Of a DNA stretch of 64,000 bases, positions 29,600 to 63,277 are shown in pieces. The notes below the pieces were generated by a model that was not told the origin of the DNA, made no database searches, and worked only from the letters and a program-made list of their open reading frames with translations. The stretch comes from the human T2T-CHM13v2.0 reference genome, Homo sapiens: NCBI RefSeq assembly GCF_009914755.1, contig NC_060926.1, one strand, 5' to 3'. Made by a program: the position numbers and the translations under genes. The first letter of the stretch is position 1. Each line of letters starts with the position of its first letter.

Positions 29600-30420
29600 G
29601 TCGGTATCTTTTGCTGCCTCAAGAAGAGGAGCACCTAACAGGCCATAGGGATTGGAAATTTCCTGAGATGGCATTGCCAGAGCTATCTTAATAAATGGAC
29701 AGGATGTCAGCTGAGGAATGGGGATGGGGCGAGGGCAGGGAGGTAGAGTGGAGGGAAGGAGGTAGATGGCATTCTGGGTGGTGGGAAGAGGCCTAAGAGA
29801 GCACCGGGTGGCAAGCAAACTGCAGGGGTTCACTAAAGCTGAACCACCTGGCACATCGGGAGAGGCTGGAGAGGCGGACAGGACCCAAATCATTGATGGT
29901 CTCATGTGCCATTCTAGTGAGTTTAAATTTTAAAATCTAGACACATAGAGGAACCATTTCAGGATCTTATGTAAATTTTAAATCTAGTTGAAGAAATCAT
30001 TTCAGGATTTAAACTGGGGAGTGACATGGCCCAGTATGCATTTTGGAAAGGTCCCTCATATCGATGTGTAGAACTGGTTGAAGAAAGGCAATGGAGGTAG
30101 GGTAACCAGTTTAAAAACTGCTGAAGTGCCCAGAGCAAGAAGTTATTTATAGACAAAGTTCGTGGATGTAAAAAAAAGTGGAAAAATTTGAGAGACAGTA
30201 ATGAAGGACAAACTGAACAGGACTGGATAACTAAATTAGCTAAGGAGATCAAAGAAGGAGTCAAGGATATCCAGGTTTGTGGCTTGTCACATGTAGGACA
30301 CAGAAGAGATGATTTCAGTTTTGGACATGCTGACTCTTAAGATACCTGTGGGGCACTCACAGGGTGATAGCCAACAAATAATTGGGTGAATGAATTCGGC
30401 ATTCAAGAGAGCAGCAGTTT
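29600..30420 (-). mobile_element. L2 fragment
   Basis: Purine-rich degenerate L2-type phrases (GGAGTCAAGGAT...CCAGGTTT...TTCAGTTTTGGACATGCTGA). Confidence 0.55.
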
Positions 30421-31715
30421 AAGTAGTGAGAAACTGCCACCAAGGGAAAAGGATGGAACAAAAAGCCCCATTCTCCTTTCAAAGTGCCACCAGAAGTTGC
30501 TTGGCCTCGGTGTCTTAACCACACCAATCAGAAGGCAGGTCAGCAGCTTGGGTAGAATCCAATCCCAAGGAAAGGACAGTGTGGTCTGTGATTTCCTTGC
30601 CCTAGCAGAGCCCAATTTGGAGACGTGAGGTGAAGACTCTCTGGTTCAAGACACAATAATAACCCTTCTCAACCAGTTCTGTGAGAATTAATCCCTCATA
30701 TGTAATGCATTACATCCTATGCATCTGGAATGACACTGGTTGTGTACCATCATTGAGAGTATTGAAGAAAAGTCATCAAATCATTTTCTCTCGGAATCCC
30801 AGGTGAGAAGAGCCAAGGTACAGAGCAGGCATTCAAACGCCATAACCCACTGACCTCCCAGACAGTATAGTCATTGAGAATATGGCCCCTGGACGCCCAA
30901 CTTCAAGCACCCCTCCTCCTGTCTGCCCTTCCCCTCAAGACAGAAAGCAGAAGAGCAGAGGGTCTGGCCTAGTTTAGGCCTAGCACTCTGCAGGGTCAAG
31001 GGTCTCTTTCTGCATCTAGATCAGAGCCTTTTGGGAGTCTGAACTGGACTTCTCTCCCCAAGAGGGAAAAAAAGAGAATATAAAGGAGCTAGCCAACTAA
31101 TCTAAACTGGGGCTAATATCTACAATGCTGGGGTGCTGTTTACCAGCCTAATGAGTCCCAACTCTGCAAGTATTTTCAGTAGGTCTGGGTCAAGACCAGA
31201 AATCTGTTACATTTTAAAAGAAACTCCCCAGGTGATACTAATTTATGGTGGGGTTTGGGAGTAGCTTTTGTACCTCCTATCCTTTACTAGTATGCCACTT
31301 TAGTTTTCCCTTATTTAGTAAATATTCCCTCTGAGAGACCCCAGGTCTTATGGGAAGACTGGCCAGTACATCAGAAAATTGGCTGGGGTGGTGATCATAT
31401 CATTACTCCAGCTCCAAAAATTGGACTAAAGAGCAGTGGAAGCTACAGGAAGCAGAGGCAGGGTTGGCAGAGGCTACACCCTCCCAGCCCTCCTGACTCC
31501 ATAAATGAACTTAGGTACCTAGTCCTAAGTCTAGCCCTTTCCTCCTTGGTTAGAGTAACTTACTGCACATGAATTTTAGAAACAGCATTCTTCTGGTCAC
31601 TACGAAGAGGAGACCTCAAATTTGATACAGCCAAAGCTTCCTCAGCATCGCTTCTCCTCCACTCCTGCTGTGAGCTTAATGGCCCAAGTCCCACTCTCAA
31701 CACCACACAGGAAGC

Positions 31716-32058
31716 ACTGAAGCAGAAGTTGCTTTAATCAAGGGGTGAAGTCCTCAATCAAGGGGACCTCACTTAACCTTTGGTGGTGGGGTCTCAGCCT
31801 ACCCCCCACAAGCCCTGAGGCCCCTCAGGAAGGAGGGAGCAGTTGAACAACAAATTATGGCAGAGGCCAGGGAATGGGAGTGGGGGAACCCGGGTCAAGG
31901 TGAAGGGGCAGGACGCTGAAAGGGTGGGAGTGAAGCTGAACGGGGCAGGAAGAGCTTAACCCACGTTTCTACCTGGGGGCTGGCTGAGGTGGCTGTGCAT
32001 CGGGCAGAGCGGCACCAGAGGGCTGAGGGTCGAAGGGGACAGCAGGGGAAAGGAGTGC
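31716..32058 (-). other. DCTN1: DCTN1 3'UTR (cleavage site approximate)
   Basis: Follows stop codon; ends after ATTAAA. Confidence 0.8.
31733..31738 (-). terminator. DCTN1: DCTN1 polyadenylation signal ATTAAA
   Basis: ATTAAA followed downstream by GU-rich TGTGTGGTGTTG. Confidence 0.8.
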
Positions 32059-50595
<18,537 letters not shown>

Positions 50596-52853
50596 GTTGC
50601 TCACCCGGCCTCTACCCCCTCCCCCAGCTGGCCAAAGACAGAGAGAAAAGGTAGAAACCTAGGCAGGAGGGTCAGGGCGCTGGGCCCTCATAGAGGGACA
50701 CAGGAGTCGTCAGGCACAGCCCTCCCCAGTCCATGGGCCTCACTCGGTGGCCTACACGGGTAGGGGTGGGGGCAGTGATGGGGGCTGAGGAGCAAGTCCC
50801 CTCTGCTGCCTGAGGATTCCTGAACCCAGAGACACAGAATCCTGCTTGCCAGCTGATGAGTCTCACTCTGCGCTAGTGCTGCTCTAGACTTGTCAGGAAC
50901 CGTGCTAGCCTCTGGGTCCTAGTGCCCCCCTGCTTCACGTGGGCCAGAAACTAAGGGCTGGGCATACGCCACAGACCCTCAGCACTCAACTCTTGAATAC
51001 ACTGTCCTAGGGCTGGAAGCAGTCTTGACACGTCCTCCTAGTCTGTACCCACTCACCATCACTGTTCCCCTCTCCCCCAGGATGTAAGGCCTCAGCAGGC
51101 CCATAAGCATCAAGTGACACTTCAAAGCGATCAGCTGCCTAGAGCCTCCACACAGCCAAAATAAGGGTCTCTCATCTACCTTTCTGGTGCTCTTCTCTCT
51201 CCCTCCCCTCTCTAAACTCTGGACTCAGGGTCCAAATTCATGTGAGTAGGGCCTGGATTTCAATCTCACACTGAGCCAGAGGAGGCAGGCCCTGCCCAGG
51301 AGGCAGCAAGAGAAGGGCAGTAATGAAGGCAACTTCACACACATAGCAAAGCAAGCCAAGTACCCTAGCCCCCTCCCACAAGGCTGGCAAAGGTTGCCAT
51401 AGTCACCCTTCACCCTTTATGGTTGTTATAAGGGGCCAGGTTGTAAAACACAAGAGTATCAGACTCAACTGGATTACTAAAGGCAGTAGTCAAAAGCAGA
51501 GAGCCCTTCTTTCTTCTTGTAGCACAAGGCCCAGTCCACCTCAGTCATCTGCCCCTTGTACTCTTGGCCTTGCCTCCTAGCATCTCAGACCCAATGAAAT
51601 GGTTTATTTTCTACGCTTTTGTATTTCACAAAAATTCTTCAGTAACCATGTATTACTTTTATAATTAGAATTGTTTAATTTAATGAGATTATGCATTCTA
51701 ATGAGAGGTCTCCAAGGGACTATGTTACCACACTGCTTTCATTCACTGGCCCATCTATCATGGGCTAGAAACCAAAAGACCAGGGTCCCTGCCCCTACAC
51801 AGCCAACAAGGTTGGCCTGGGGTCTGACCTATGGCTCCACTGAGTATGGTATGGATCTAGTTCCCTTGGGCCTAGGGACGCCTGTCTTTTCTGCACTGGG
51901 CTTACTTCACTGGCAGAACAGTGACTTTACCCCGCTCTACCCTCTTAAGATAGGCCAGGTAGCCCAACAGGAGAATGACAGCCAACATTCAGAAATATGG
52001 CCCCAAAACACAATTCCAAATCTTCAGTCCTGGCCAGACCCCCTAGGAAATAATCTCTCTCCTCCCTGCAAAATCTCCATGTCGCCCCCTCCTTTCCCTA
52101 TTCGCCATTACACAGGTGGGCAGGGCCAGGCACATCCTTGCAGCCTGGACCTCACATGTTCGGAGCACTTTACAGTCTATAGGACACCTTAAAAAAAGAC
52201 ATTTTATAGAACCATGGTTGAGTACTGGTTCTAGACTCAGGCTACTTTCCTGGCTTTATCACTTGGTAGCTACATAAACTTGGTCTAGTTACTTAACATC
52301 TCTATGCCTCAATTTCCTCATCCGTCATAGGGAAGTAACAAAGAACATATCTCAGAGAGGTATCGTGAGGATTAGCTGAGATAATCCAAACAAAGCATCC
52401 AGGACACCGCCTGGTATTTAATAAGTGCTAAATAAAAGTTAGCTAAGAACAATGTCATCATATATAGACATTACAATAACCCCATTGAGAGGTTGGCCAG
52501 GGATGATGCTGACAAGGCAACTGAGTCTTTGAGAACTGAGCAACTTCCCTGAAGACACACAGACTGTGAGGAGTAGAGCCAAAACTGGAAACAACCTGAC
52601 CCAGAGCCCTCTGTGCTTTCTACTACCCCTCACCATTACCACAGACATATCTAGGCTTCCAAGGCCCTGCTCTTCCTGTAGGCCACACTGCCTTAAAAAA
52701 TTCAAAAGAGCTCAGATCTAAAAATAGCCTCACAACTCACTAACCACATAGGTATCAATAGTCCCCTAATTTCTTGGAATCTGTTTATTTTCCTATGAAA
52801 TGAAAATAATATCTGCCATATCTACGTCAGTATCATGAGGTTCAAAAAAGCTA

Positions 52854-53171
<318 letters not shown>

Positions 53172-53349
53172 GCACCTTGTAAAAAGTACAGAAATTATAG
53201 AACTGCAAAGAATTACCTGACATGATACTAAATGGTATATACATCTACACAATAAATATAAGAAATTATAGACAGGAGAGAGGTGAGCTAGAAAGAAAGG
53301 GAGTACCTAAGCATGCCTTGAATTATGGGAATTTTAAAAAATATGTGGA

Positions 53350-53673
<324 letters not shown>

Positions 53674-56039
53674 AAAAAATATGTGGAAAGGCCTACAAAG
53701 CCCTGTAACTTGTGAACACAGTATGAACAGAGGCAGAAATAACTTTGCTTGACTAGCGAATAGTAAAGAACCCTAGCTTAGCTGAAGTAACGAATTGTAG
53801 ATGGTTATTCTATCAAACTATAAGCCTTTTGAAGCATAGCCCACACCTTTTCCTCTTTATGATCCAATAGCCAGTAAGTAGCTCATGGTCAAATATTTAT
53901 TGAATAAACATTTATTGAATAACATTGCAACATACTGGGAGGTAACTGTGGGTAGGCACGGAGTTTAACATCAGGCAGACAGAGAAGGACTTGATCCAAT
54001 AATAACAGGAAGGCAGTCTTGTTCCTGAGCAGGAGACTGCATAGTGAAAACTATTTTAGGAAGATCAAACTGATGACACCTGCAGGATGGAGTGCAGGCA
54101 GGAGCAACCTGGCAAAGACAGGAATAACAGCAAGGAGGCTGCTGCAACATTTGACACAGGGTAAGGAAGGTTTGAACCAGGATCAGGAGGAGAAGAAAGA
54201 GGCCAGTTCAGAGACAGTACCAAAAAAGCCCTGAGAAGGCCTTGTAATAGATCAAACATGAGGAAAGAGGCAGCAGGCCTACATGGGCTCTGGAGACAGA
54301 CCTGAATATACCTTTGGTTCTCCTCTGAGCAAGATATTTAACTTCCTGAGTCCCGGTTACCTCAACTGCAAAAAGGAAGAAATAATGTTACCTCACAGGG
54401 ACATTTTGAAGATTAAATAAGATTTAAGTAAAGCGTTTAGCACAATGTCTGTGTGCTCAACAAATGGTAGATATCATCTTCATTCATTATTTTAAGGGAA
54501 TATCCACGATGACTTGCGCACAGTAGGAACTCAAATGCTGCAAGGATAAATAGATGGGTCAATGAATGCATGAATAAGTAAATGAATAAATACACTCAGG
54601 AGTTTTCAAGCATGAGAAATGTAATAATTGAAACATTAACAGAACTGAAAAAAATGGGAGGAGAAACAACATGTTAGGAGAGAGAAAATGCGTCCTGTTC
54701 TTAGGGCCTTCTCTGGGGAAAACTTAATTGCATACACGAATACATGTACTTCACTATCTCCTTCAAAAATGAACCTGTGATGTAGCCAAAACAGATTCCA
54801 TTCTCTCCATTCCACAGATGACAGAACTATGTCTCAGAAGTCAAATGACTTGCCCAAGTCTCATAGCCAAAAAATGGCAGAGGGGCACATCTGAATATCT
54901 CTACAGGTAGGTGCTCCTTCCACAGCATTACCGGGCCCAGGCCCATATCCCATAGGACAATCCTGGGTTAATGTTACCCCAGCCAGGGAGGAGACAGACA
55001 CCTCTTGGATTTCTAATCCATTTTCCTCTCCAATGATATTAAATACCACTAAAATATCTAGAAAAATGAGAAGAGAGGAGGGGAAAAATCTCTGTGTCTG
55101 ATAAATAATAATCTCTGTGTCTGCCAATAGTCTTAGAGAAATTTCAGGAAATTATAGGAAAATAAGATTTTGGAGAATGAAAAAGGAGAAAGTGAGGAGG
55201 AAAAGCCTCTTTTCCACCTCTACCATTTCTCCCCTGTCTGAACCATTTCTACCTTGTTTTTACTGGCACCCCAGCATCCTTTGATACCTTGATCTCCTCT
55301 TGTCTCACCTTATCAAACCTTGATCCTGGGCTAACCCAACTGTCTGCTTTCCCTGCTTTCCCACTCCTAGAGGAGCTTGTCTGAAACCCAGGCAGTCTGA
55401 GAGCAAGGCAAAACTATACATCTCTGAAAGCACTAGTAAGGAAGAGATAAACGTGGACCTAAGTCCTTCAGGAGTCAGAAAGGAAAAGGTCTGCTTACTG
55501 AGTGGTAAATGGAGGCTGGGAGACTGGAAGCTTGGAAAGCTGGATTCCAGATATTCACAGGACCCCAGAAGACAACGTACACAGAGCTTTTTGTTCCTAG
55601 GTCCTACTCAGTATCTGCCTTGCGGATTTCATAGATAAGGCCTACACACTCAACGGACTTCCTTCCCTTCTCCAGCTCCTCATTACCCTAAAAAAACGTC
55701 TACAAACCCACTCCCACTCTGAATGCAGCTCTACTCCATCTCAAAATGTCCCCTTTCCCCAGAAATATCCAGTGACTTCCAGGCCCACCTCCAAGGGCCC
55801 AGACCTCTAAGAGTCAAGAAGAAAAGCTATGCTATATGCTTCACTTATCTTCAATATAGGAACTTCTGCAAGAAGGCAAGAAGCACTCAGCCCTGCACTC
55901 AAGAACCTCAATCCTCTCAGTGGTATCAGAAGTCCTACTTAGGCTGTTCGAAGTTCCTGCTGATTCCTCCCCCTGAATCAACCAGCAAGTTCCTGGCACT
56001 AGGACCCTGTAGACAGGGAACCCTGAGCCTGCGCTCTAA

Positions 56040-56309
56040 AGAGAGAGATGCACCATTTCACAACTTCAGCAAAAGCCAAAGCAGCCAACAAAGCCACAGC
56101 CCTATCGGCTGTACTGGGCTCTGCCTTTTGGGCAGCTCGCCGGCCACTCCCCAAAAGCAGAGCATTCCATCCTTTCTCTTTTTAAACCCACGTCATCATC
56201 TGATCATAATGGAAATCAATCTCCTCAAACCACCATGCAAAGGCGTATCCATGGCAACCTCAAAAGGAAGGACACAGAGATGATGCTTCAGTGGCTGCAG
56301 CAGGAAAAG
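56040..56309 (+). ncRNA. DCTN1-AS1: Probable first exon of antisense lncRNA DCTN1-AS1 (TSS approximate)
   Basis: Perfect donor AAG|GTAAGT at 56309/56310, X-box GTATCCATGGCAAC at 56245-56258; identity from recalled locus map. Confidence 0.5.
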
Positions 56310-57549
56310 GTAAGTCCGTTTCTCTTCCATCCACGCCATCCCATCACTCTCTCCTTTCACTCAAGTCAGGTATACAGCTTACCTACAAATTGTATCTGTC
56401 ACACAAACTGAGAAAACACATAAGGTGAGTTAATAATCATTATGTTATTATATAAGGTTTTAGATCTGCCTGTCTCTCTGCCAAGAAAAAATTCTCCTTT
56501 TCTAGGTGATAGGAACAGGGACAAGGTCTCTCTTCTTATTCACCTCTCAGATGACACAATCTCAGCCCACAATACCTGACAAATCACTATCGGTCACTTG
56601 TCTTTCTAGTCAGGATGCTGGAAAAATCACTCAAGAATATCCGAGTTTCCCTATGTAGTTGTCAAAAGCTGACAGCAACAGTGATCCCACTGTCCTGCCC
56701 CCTCCATGCCACCATCATGCCCACAAACTGGCATGGTAAGATTCCCTCCTTAGCAACCCTAGACTCTAGGCTCTCAAGGTTCAGAAACCGGGAGTTGGGA
56801 TTAAATTTCTGTCTTCTCTGATGCCTCAGGAAAAGGAATCCATTTCTGCAGACGTAAGAGATTCATCAAATACAAGCGCTACTAATCCTCTATGCCTCAA
56901 TTTCCTCTTCTGGAAGAAAGGGATAATAACAATAACTTTCTAACAGGATTGTTGTAAAAATCACATGAGAATGCCTGAAAAGCACTGAGAACAGTGCCTT
57001 GTATAAAGCACTCAATAAATGTCAGCCATTATTATTATGAGAAAGATGAAGGGGAGGCTTATAGTGTAGGATTTCAGTTCAGAGGGTACTCAACACTCTT
57101 GGAGCTTATTTCAGTTCCACTGTCTTCCTCTTTCCTCTTAACAGTTATTTCAAGCTTCCTTTACATTTTCAAGTCCTTACTCCCACCCAAGCCAACACCA
57201 GCATTCCCACCTCTCAGCAGATAACCTTGCTGAAAAAGAAAACTGGCCCTATTAGGTAAGAATTTCTTTGAAAATTTAGATATATCTGCATGCATATGTC
57301 ATTATCTCTTTCTTCCTAAATTCCTTCCTTTCTTCCAACATTCCTCTTTAAAGAAAATGGTATCCCCTTCTTTTCAGGGCCCACCCCTTCCCCTCTCCTC
57401 TGAGGACTTGATTTAGCAATCGTCTTTTCTCTTGTGTCTTCATTGCACCCTGTCTACTGGATCTTACATGGCATCAGAAAACCCATAAACAAGACTTCCA
57501 TTCTAGGAAAAACAAGTCCCTGCTACCTCTTCCACAAGCTGCCACCATT

Positions 57550-58460
57550 CTGTATTCTTCCTTTCTCTGCTGAACTACTCAAAGTGAGTACACATTCTCT
57601 ATCTTCACTTCCCATCTACTTCTCGATCCATTGCTATCTGGCTCCATCCCTACCACTCCACTGAAGCTGCTCACACTTTAAAAGAGCCCTGGTGACCCCA
57701 ATGTCCTACACAACCTCAAGGTGCATTTCCCAAGCTCATCCTAACTTGATCTCCCTGTAGCAACTGAGATTGTCAATCCTTTTCCTGGAATTTTCTCCTT
57801 TCCTAGCTTCCTGGGCAACATTCTCTCCTACCCTTGCACGTCAATCCTTCTCATCTCCTCTGTCATTATTTTCAGCCTTCTGTAAGCGTGGCTGGGAGAC
57901 CTCAACCATTCCCACAACTTCAACTACCACTCATACTTACTGCCCCTAGACAGAAACTCTTCTGAACTTCAGACTCATATCTCACTGTCTGCTAACTGCC
58001 ACAGAGCCCTCAAGTTCAATATGACCCAAAACACACTTGGTATCTCCCCCACCAAAAACAAACAAACAAAAAAAAGTTCTTCTTCTATATTCTCTCTTTG
58101 CTATTGGCACCACCATCCACTCAAAATAGAAAACTGAGTCATCCGCAACAACTCCCTCTCTTGTTCTCAACAACCAATTTAGTCATTATGTCTGGTTAAT
58201 TCTGTTTCTCCAGTCTCTCTCAGATTCATCCTGTCCTCTCTATCCCCACTGACCTAATCCTTAGCTCAGCCCTAAACCATGTCTATGATATTACAAGAGT
58301 CTCCCGATGTCCCTGAACCAGGTTCTCCCCCTTCAGTCTATTTCCACATTTAGCTTCCCAAAATACAATCATGTCATCTTCCTGCCTAAAAGTCTCCAGT
58401 GGCTTCTCTGCCCACAAAATGAAATCTTTTTAGCACTGCACTACAGGCCATTAACAACCT
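57550..58460 (+). mobile_element. L2 fragment
   Basis: Pyrimidine-rich degenerate L2-like phrases (CACTCCACTGAAGCTGCTC, CCTCAAGTTCAATATGACCCAAAAC). Confidence 0.55.
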
Positions 58461-58467
58461 GGCCTTG

Positions 58468-58759
58468 ACCAAGCACAGCGGCTACACCTGTAATCCTAGC
58501 ACTCTGAGAGCCCAAGGCGGGCAGATCACTTGAGGCCAGGAGTTTGAGATCAGCCTGGACAACATGGTGAAAGCCTGTCTCTACTAAAAATACAAAAATT
58601 AGCTGGGTGTGGTGGTGGTGCATGCCTATAGTACCAGTTACTCAGGAGGCTAAGTAGTCCCACCTGTAGTAGCTATAGTCCCAACTACTCAGGAGGTTGC
58701 AGTGAGCCAAAATCTCACCACCACACTCCAGCCTGGTTGACAGAGCAAGACTGTATCTC

Positions 58760-58790
<31 letters not shown>
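58468..58790 (+). mobile_element. Rearranged Alu with (AAAAC)n tail
   Basis: Alu dimer with internal duplicated TAGTCCCA segments. Confidence 0.85.
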
Positions 58791-58819
58791 ACTGGCCTCA
58801 AACTGGCACAGCAGCCTGC

Positions 58820-58975
58820 AGACCCACCTATACTCAGGAGGCTGAGGGGGATCACTTGAGGCCAGGAGTTCAAGGCTGTAGTGCGTGATGATCTTGTCTG
58901 TGAATAGCCACTGCACTCCAGCCTGGGCAGCATAGTGATACCCCATCTCTAAACAACAAAACAAAATAAAACAAC
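58820..58975 (+). mobile_element. FAM/FLAM-like Alu monomer
   Basis: TGTGAATAGCCACTGCACTCCAGCCTGGGC. Confidence 0.75.
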
Positions 58976-61900
58976 ATGGCTTCATTATGAATCCGGTCGC
59001 ATCAATCACCAAAGTTCTCTTTTATTCCAGCCACTTGGATCTATCTGCCTTTCCCTTTATGCATCTGCAAATGTTACAAATGTCACCAGGACAATTCTTC
59101 CTCCTCATCCTTCAAGGCTCAGCCCAATTCTCACCTCTTTCCTAAAGACTCTCCTGGCTTCTCCATGTGGAGCTAATCATTCCCTCCTCTGTGCTCACAG
59201 AGCACTTGAGACATATCTCCATTTCAATACCACATTCTATTTAAAATATCATCTCTTACTCTACTATGAATTCCTCCAGGACAGAGGATTGTATCCATCT
59301 CAGTATCTAAGCACTCGGCGTAGGGCTTTGCAAAGAGAAGGTATTCAATGTTGAATAGATGCCTGTACCAACATCACACTCAGGATATAAACTGGCTCTG
59401 ACAGCTTTCCCTGAGAGTAGCTCCACTCTTGAAGACCACCACCACTGGGGAAATCACCACTTATGTGCACATATGTACGCACACACACATCTCTCCCCTA
59501 ACCCTCAGTAAACATGGCTCTTTCCACTCCAGACAGAAGCCTAAGAAACTAAAAGTGCAGGAACAGCCCTAGGTCCTATGGAATTTGGTAGTGACACTAA
59601 ATCTCAATCCTGTATACTTTCAGGGTAAAAGAACCACAGAGACAGCTCTAGGTGAGGTGCAAATCTCCTGGGAAACAGCATTAGGAAGGATTTGGGGCAG
59701 CAAGGGCCCATGCTCTGCTGTAGTGAAGCCCTTGGGGAGGCCAGACTAAATAGCTAACCTGTCCCTTGATCACATTCAACTAACATCAGCCTGAATCTCA
59801 AAAGGAAAATGATACAAAGCCAAAGTCAGAGTCTCCAGGATGGCAAGGACCTTAATATAGATATGAATCTGGCAATATTCCAGCTCTTACATCTTCAGGG
59901 GACACTGAGGACCGAGTTCCTATTTTCCTTGGTATGGGACAGATAGCCCAAGTGCCCCCAGTATCACCTAGTAGCTGTAGACAGGCCAAGCAACCTGGGA
60001 ATCATCTATAATCCCTTTCAACCTATAACTCCAAGCAGCTGCTAGCAATGATAGAGCTGGCAGAGTAAAACCTAGAGTGGCAGTTCTCAATGGTATTATG
60101 ATTCACCCAACTACTTTGACTCCTCCCTAACAACTTCTTCTCCTTTGTACCCTCATGGTCAGTCAGGCCCCACTTATCAATTCGTCCTTAGTACTGCCTC
60201 CTGCATCTTTCCTTTCTCCTCCATTATCACTATCACTACTTCAGTCTGCCATGTAATAGCTTTGAAAATTAAGGCAAATCATTTACCCTCTTTGGTGCAT
60301 CATCTACAAAACAGCGTAACAGCTGCTCTGCCTACCTCGTAGGAATATTAGATCAAATGAAATCATGCCTGTGAAAAGTTCTGTAAAGTGTCATACATAA
60401 ATATAAGGCATTATTATTATCAACCTAAATTGTCTAATATTGCTATGTGAAGCCTATCCAGCTCCGTCTCCCCCTCCTTCCCTAGTTCCAACCACCTTAT
60501 ACATCACAGTAAAGCACATACATCTGCTAAAATACTGCTTTGTCCCTACACCCATCTGCCCGACATCTTTCACTGATAATCTCATTTCTTACTATAATCA
60601 AACAATCCTGGATTCAACAGATGCAGTCCCATCTCTGCACCAGTGTCAACTGCTTAAGATACTTTTCTAGTCTTGCAAGCCACACCCATCCTTCAAAGTC
60701 CAGCCAAAGCCCCACTACACTCCACAGAGAACAAAGACAAATTTAAGAAAGGGATTTCTTAAACATAATGGAAGAATTAAATACAATTCCGCTTAGAAAA
60801 ATCATAGTAGGCACAGCTGTCATCTAATACTTGGAGTCAACATTTTAGGAAGACGGGTAACACTTCTTTCCTGTTTGATTGTTAAGAGATAATCTAGGAC
60901 CAACAGCATGGAAGTTGCAGAGATGTATTTCAGCAACATGAAGAACTTCCTTCTTGAGCTATTCCAAGAATAAAATGGGATGCCCTATATGCAGATAATT
61001 GCCCATTATTTTAAATGTTCAAGCCAAGCTGCAAAATTTGCCAAATTGGCAAGAATATTTCAGATAGAATTCAACACTACAGGGATAACTCGACTAGACT
61101 CACAGAATTTTAAATCTGAAAGAAATATTTGAGATCTTGTAGTCCAGACTCCTACCTTATAGGCCTGGACAGATAAAGTGACTCTCTCAAGGCAGCACAT
61201 CTGTTCTGGAAAACATGGTCTCTAACTTTCAATCCAGTGATCTATACTTTTGCTACTCAGATTGTGTTCCATGGGCCAGCAGCATTAGCATCACCTGGGA
61301 ACTTGTTAGAAATGCAGAACCAATCAGAATCTGTACTGTAACGAGATCGCATTACATGTGCACGCCATTAAAACTCAAAGCGCACTGACCCATACTGCCC
61401 CTTCTAAATCCTGAATTTCTAATTCTGGAACTCCAATTCCCAAACGGTTCCCACATGTTAGCCAGAGGCATCACCCAAGAATAACAGTATATCCTAGTAA
61501 AATTTTCAAAATTCTACATACCATACCCCCAGTTGGAGATTCATGGTAAATATTATTAGCATATTAAAGGCTCTGCAATATTCTGTAGTAAAGTTTAACC
61601 ACGAATTTTCCAACAGCTTTCGAAAACAAAATGCCTTTTTTAAAAATAAAGTTATCATTATCTCTTTTAACATCTCATAGCTTAGGCTTTGGCAGTACAT
61701 TAAGTAAAGGATGTCAATCTCTACCTCCTAGCTCTTCGCCTCTCGGTACCTTAAGTATACCTGAGTAGCCAGTGGTCAACATGGGTTTGCTGCTCTCCTC
61801 ACTGCAATAAATGACGGTAAGTTTTCAAATCCCTGCCTCTGAAACAGCAGAGATCCTTATCTGTGTGATTTAGCTGTGGTTCTGTCTAAAGACAAGGGAT

Positions 61901-62179
61901 GCGCAAGATGACCTCAAGGATCATCTTGCCAGCTAAGGCGGACCCCAGGAGTAGGATCACACACACAAGTCATATCCAGACTCCCATGCTGTGAGTCCTT
62001 TACGATTTTTCTCCCCGTTTGAGACGAATTTCTCAACCATGTGCCCACAGGAAACCTGTAGCTCAGTATGGATTCAGGGGCGCCTCAGACGCTCGCAGGA
62101 ACGGAGGGGAGACCCTTGCAGTTCTGGAGGAACTCTAAGGCGCAGTCACTCTGATCCCAGGAGAACAATGCTAGGCTGA

Positions 62180-62750
62180 AGAGCTGAGGTGGGTCAGACC
62201 GGCCTTGGGGCAAACGCTCAGGCGGAGCCCCCGGACCCCGACAAGCGCCCACCCCTGCCAGTCCCCGCCCCGCACACCGGGCTCGGTCCCCAGCCCACCG
62301 CCGGCAACCTCACGAACACGTAGGGGGCCGGCGGAGCAGACGGTTGGCAGAGTCGCGCCTCCGTACCTGCACTGTGAGGGGCTCCGCGCCCAGCTCCGAC
62401 CCCACCGACGACCGACGCCCAAGACCCTGCGGGGCCGGCCCCGCCCTCCCCGCCCTCGTGGGCTGCCCGACTCGCCGCCAGACCCTTCCAGGACCGCCCA
62501 GAACCCTTCGGCCCAGAGGCCCAGAGGCGTTCTGGGTCGAGTGAACCCTCTTTTCCCGCAGTCCAGCCCTGACTGAAAACTGCGCACCGACCGCAGCCGG
62601 GATTACATCAATCAGGCACAAAGCTGGACACCTGGGACAGGATAAGCGCACGCGCACTGTGCCTGGGAAGCCGATTAGGACCATAAGAAATCGGCGTGTC
62701 GTGGCGAGCGCCCTCTTTCGGCGGAGGGGAGAAAGCGCAGAAGGGCTGGA
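62180..62750. promoter_or_regulatory. DCTN1: CpG-island promoter (upstream DCTN1 TSS)
   Basis: High GC/CpG density, GC boxes (CCCCGCCC), NRF1-like GCGCACGCGC. Confidence 0.85.
62367..62650 (-). other. DCTN1: Non-coding alternative first exon of DCTN1 (5' end approximate)
   Basis: Donor CAG|GTACGG at 62367/62366 inside the CpG island. Confidence 0.6.
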
Positions 62751-62958
62751 GGACTTATTTGCAAGTGTTAAACTGCTAATTAAAACAATAGCGATAAACC
62801 ATATCTCCTCCATTAGCCTGGGGGAGAAAATTAAATGTTGCTGCTACTCAGTGTTACCTGTCATATGGGGATACAGGCATTCTCATGCGCTTATGATGGG
62901 AATGTAAAATACAAATTTACATAATGGCATTTTAAAATTTTAGACATAGGTTCAAATT

Positions 62959-63277
62959 CTTTTTTTTCTGTTTTTAAGACAAGGTCTCGCTCTGTTGTCT
63001 AGACTGGAGTGCGGTAGCACGCACAATCATGGCTCATTGCGGCGTTGACTTCTCAGGCTCAGGCCATCCTCCCACCTCTCAGCCTCCGTAGTAGCTGGGT
63101 CTGCAGGCGCGCACCACCATGCCCTTTTAATTTTCGTTTTTTGTTTTTTGTTTTTTTGTAAAGACGGGGTTTCACAATGTTGCCCAGGCTGGTCTCGAAC
63201 CCCTGGGCTCAAGCGATCCAATCGCTTCGGCCTCCCAAAGGGCTGGAATTACAGACATGAGCCACCGCACCCGCCTG
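62959..63277 (-). mobile_element. AluJ-like element inserted in a MIR, TSD GGTTCAAATTCT
   Basis: Antisense dimer; flanking duplication; MIR-like sequence continues after it. Confidence 0.88.

Noticed and set aside
62171-62907. Overlapping Arg/Gly/Pro-rich ORFs
   Set aside because: Expected stop-codon scarcity in a CpG island
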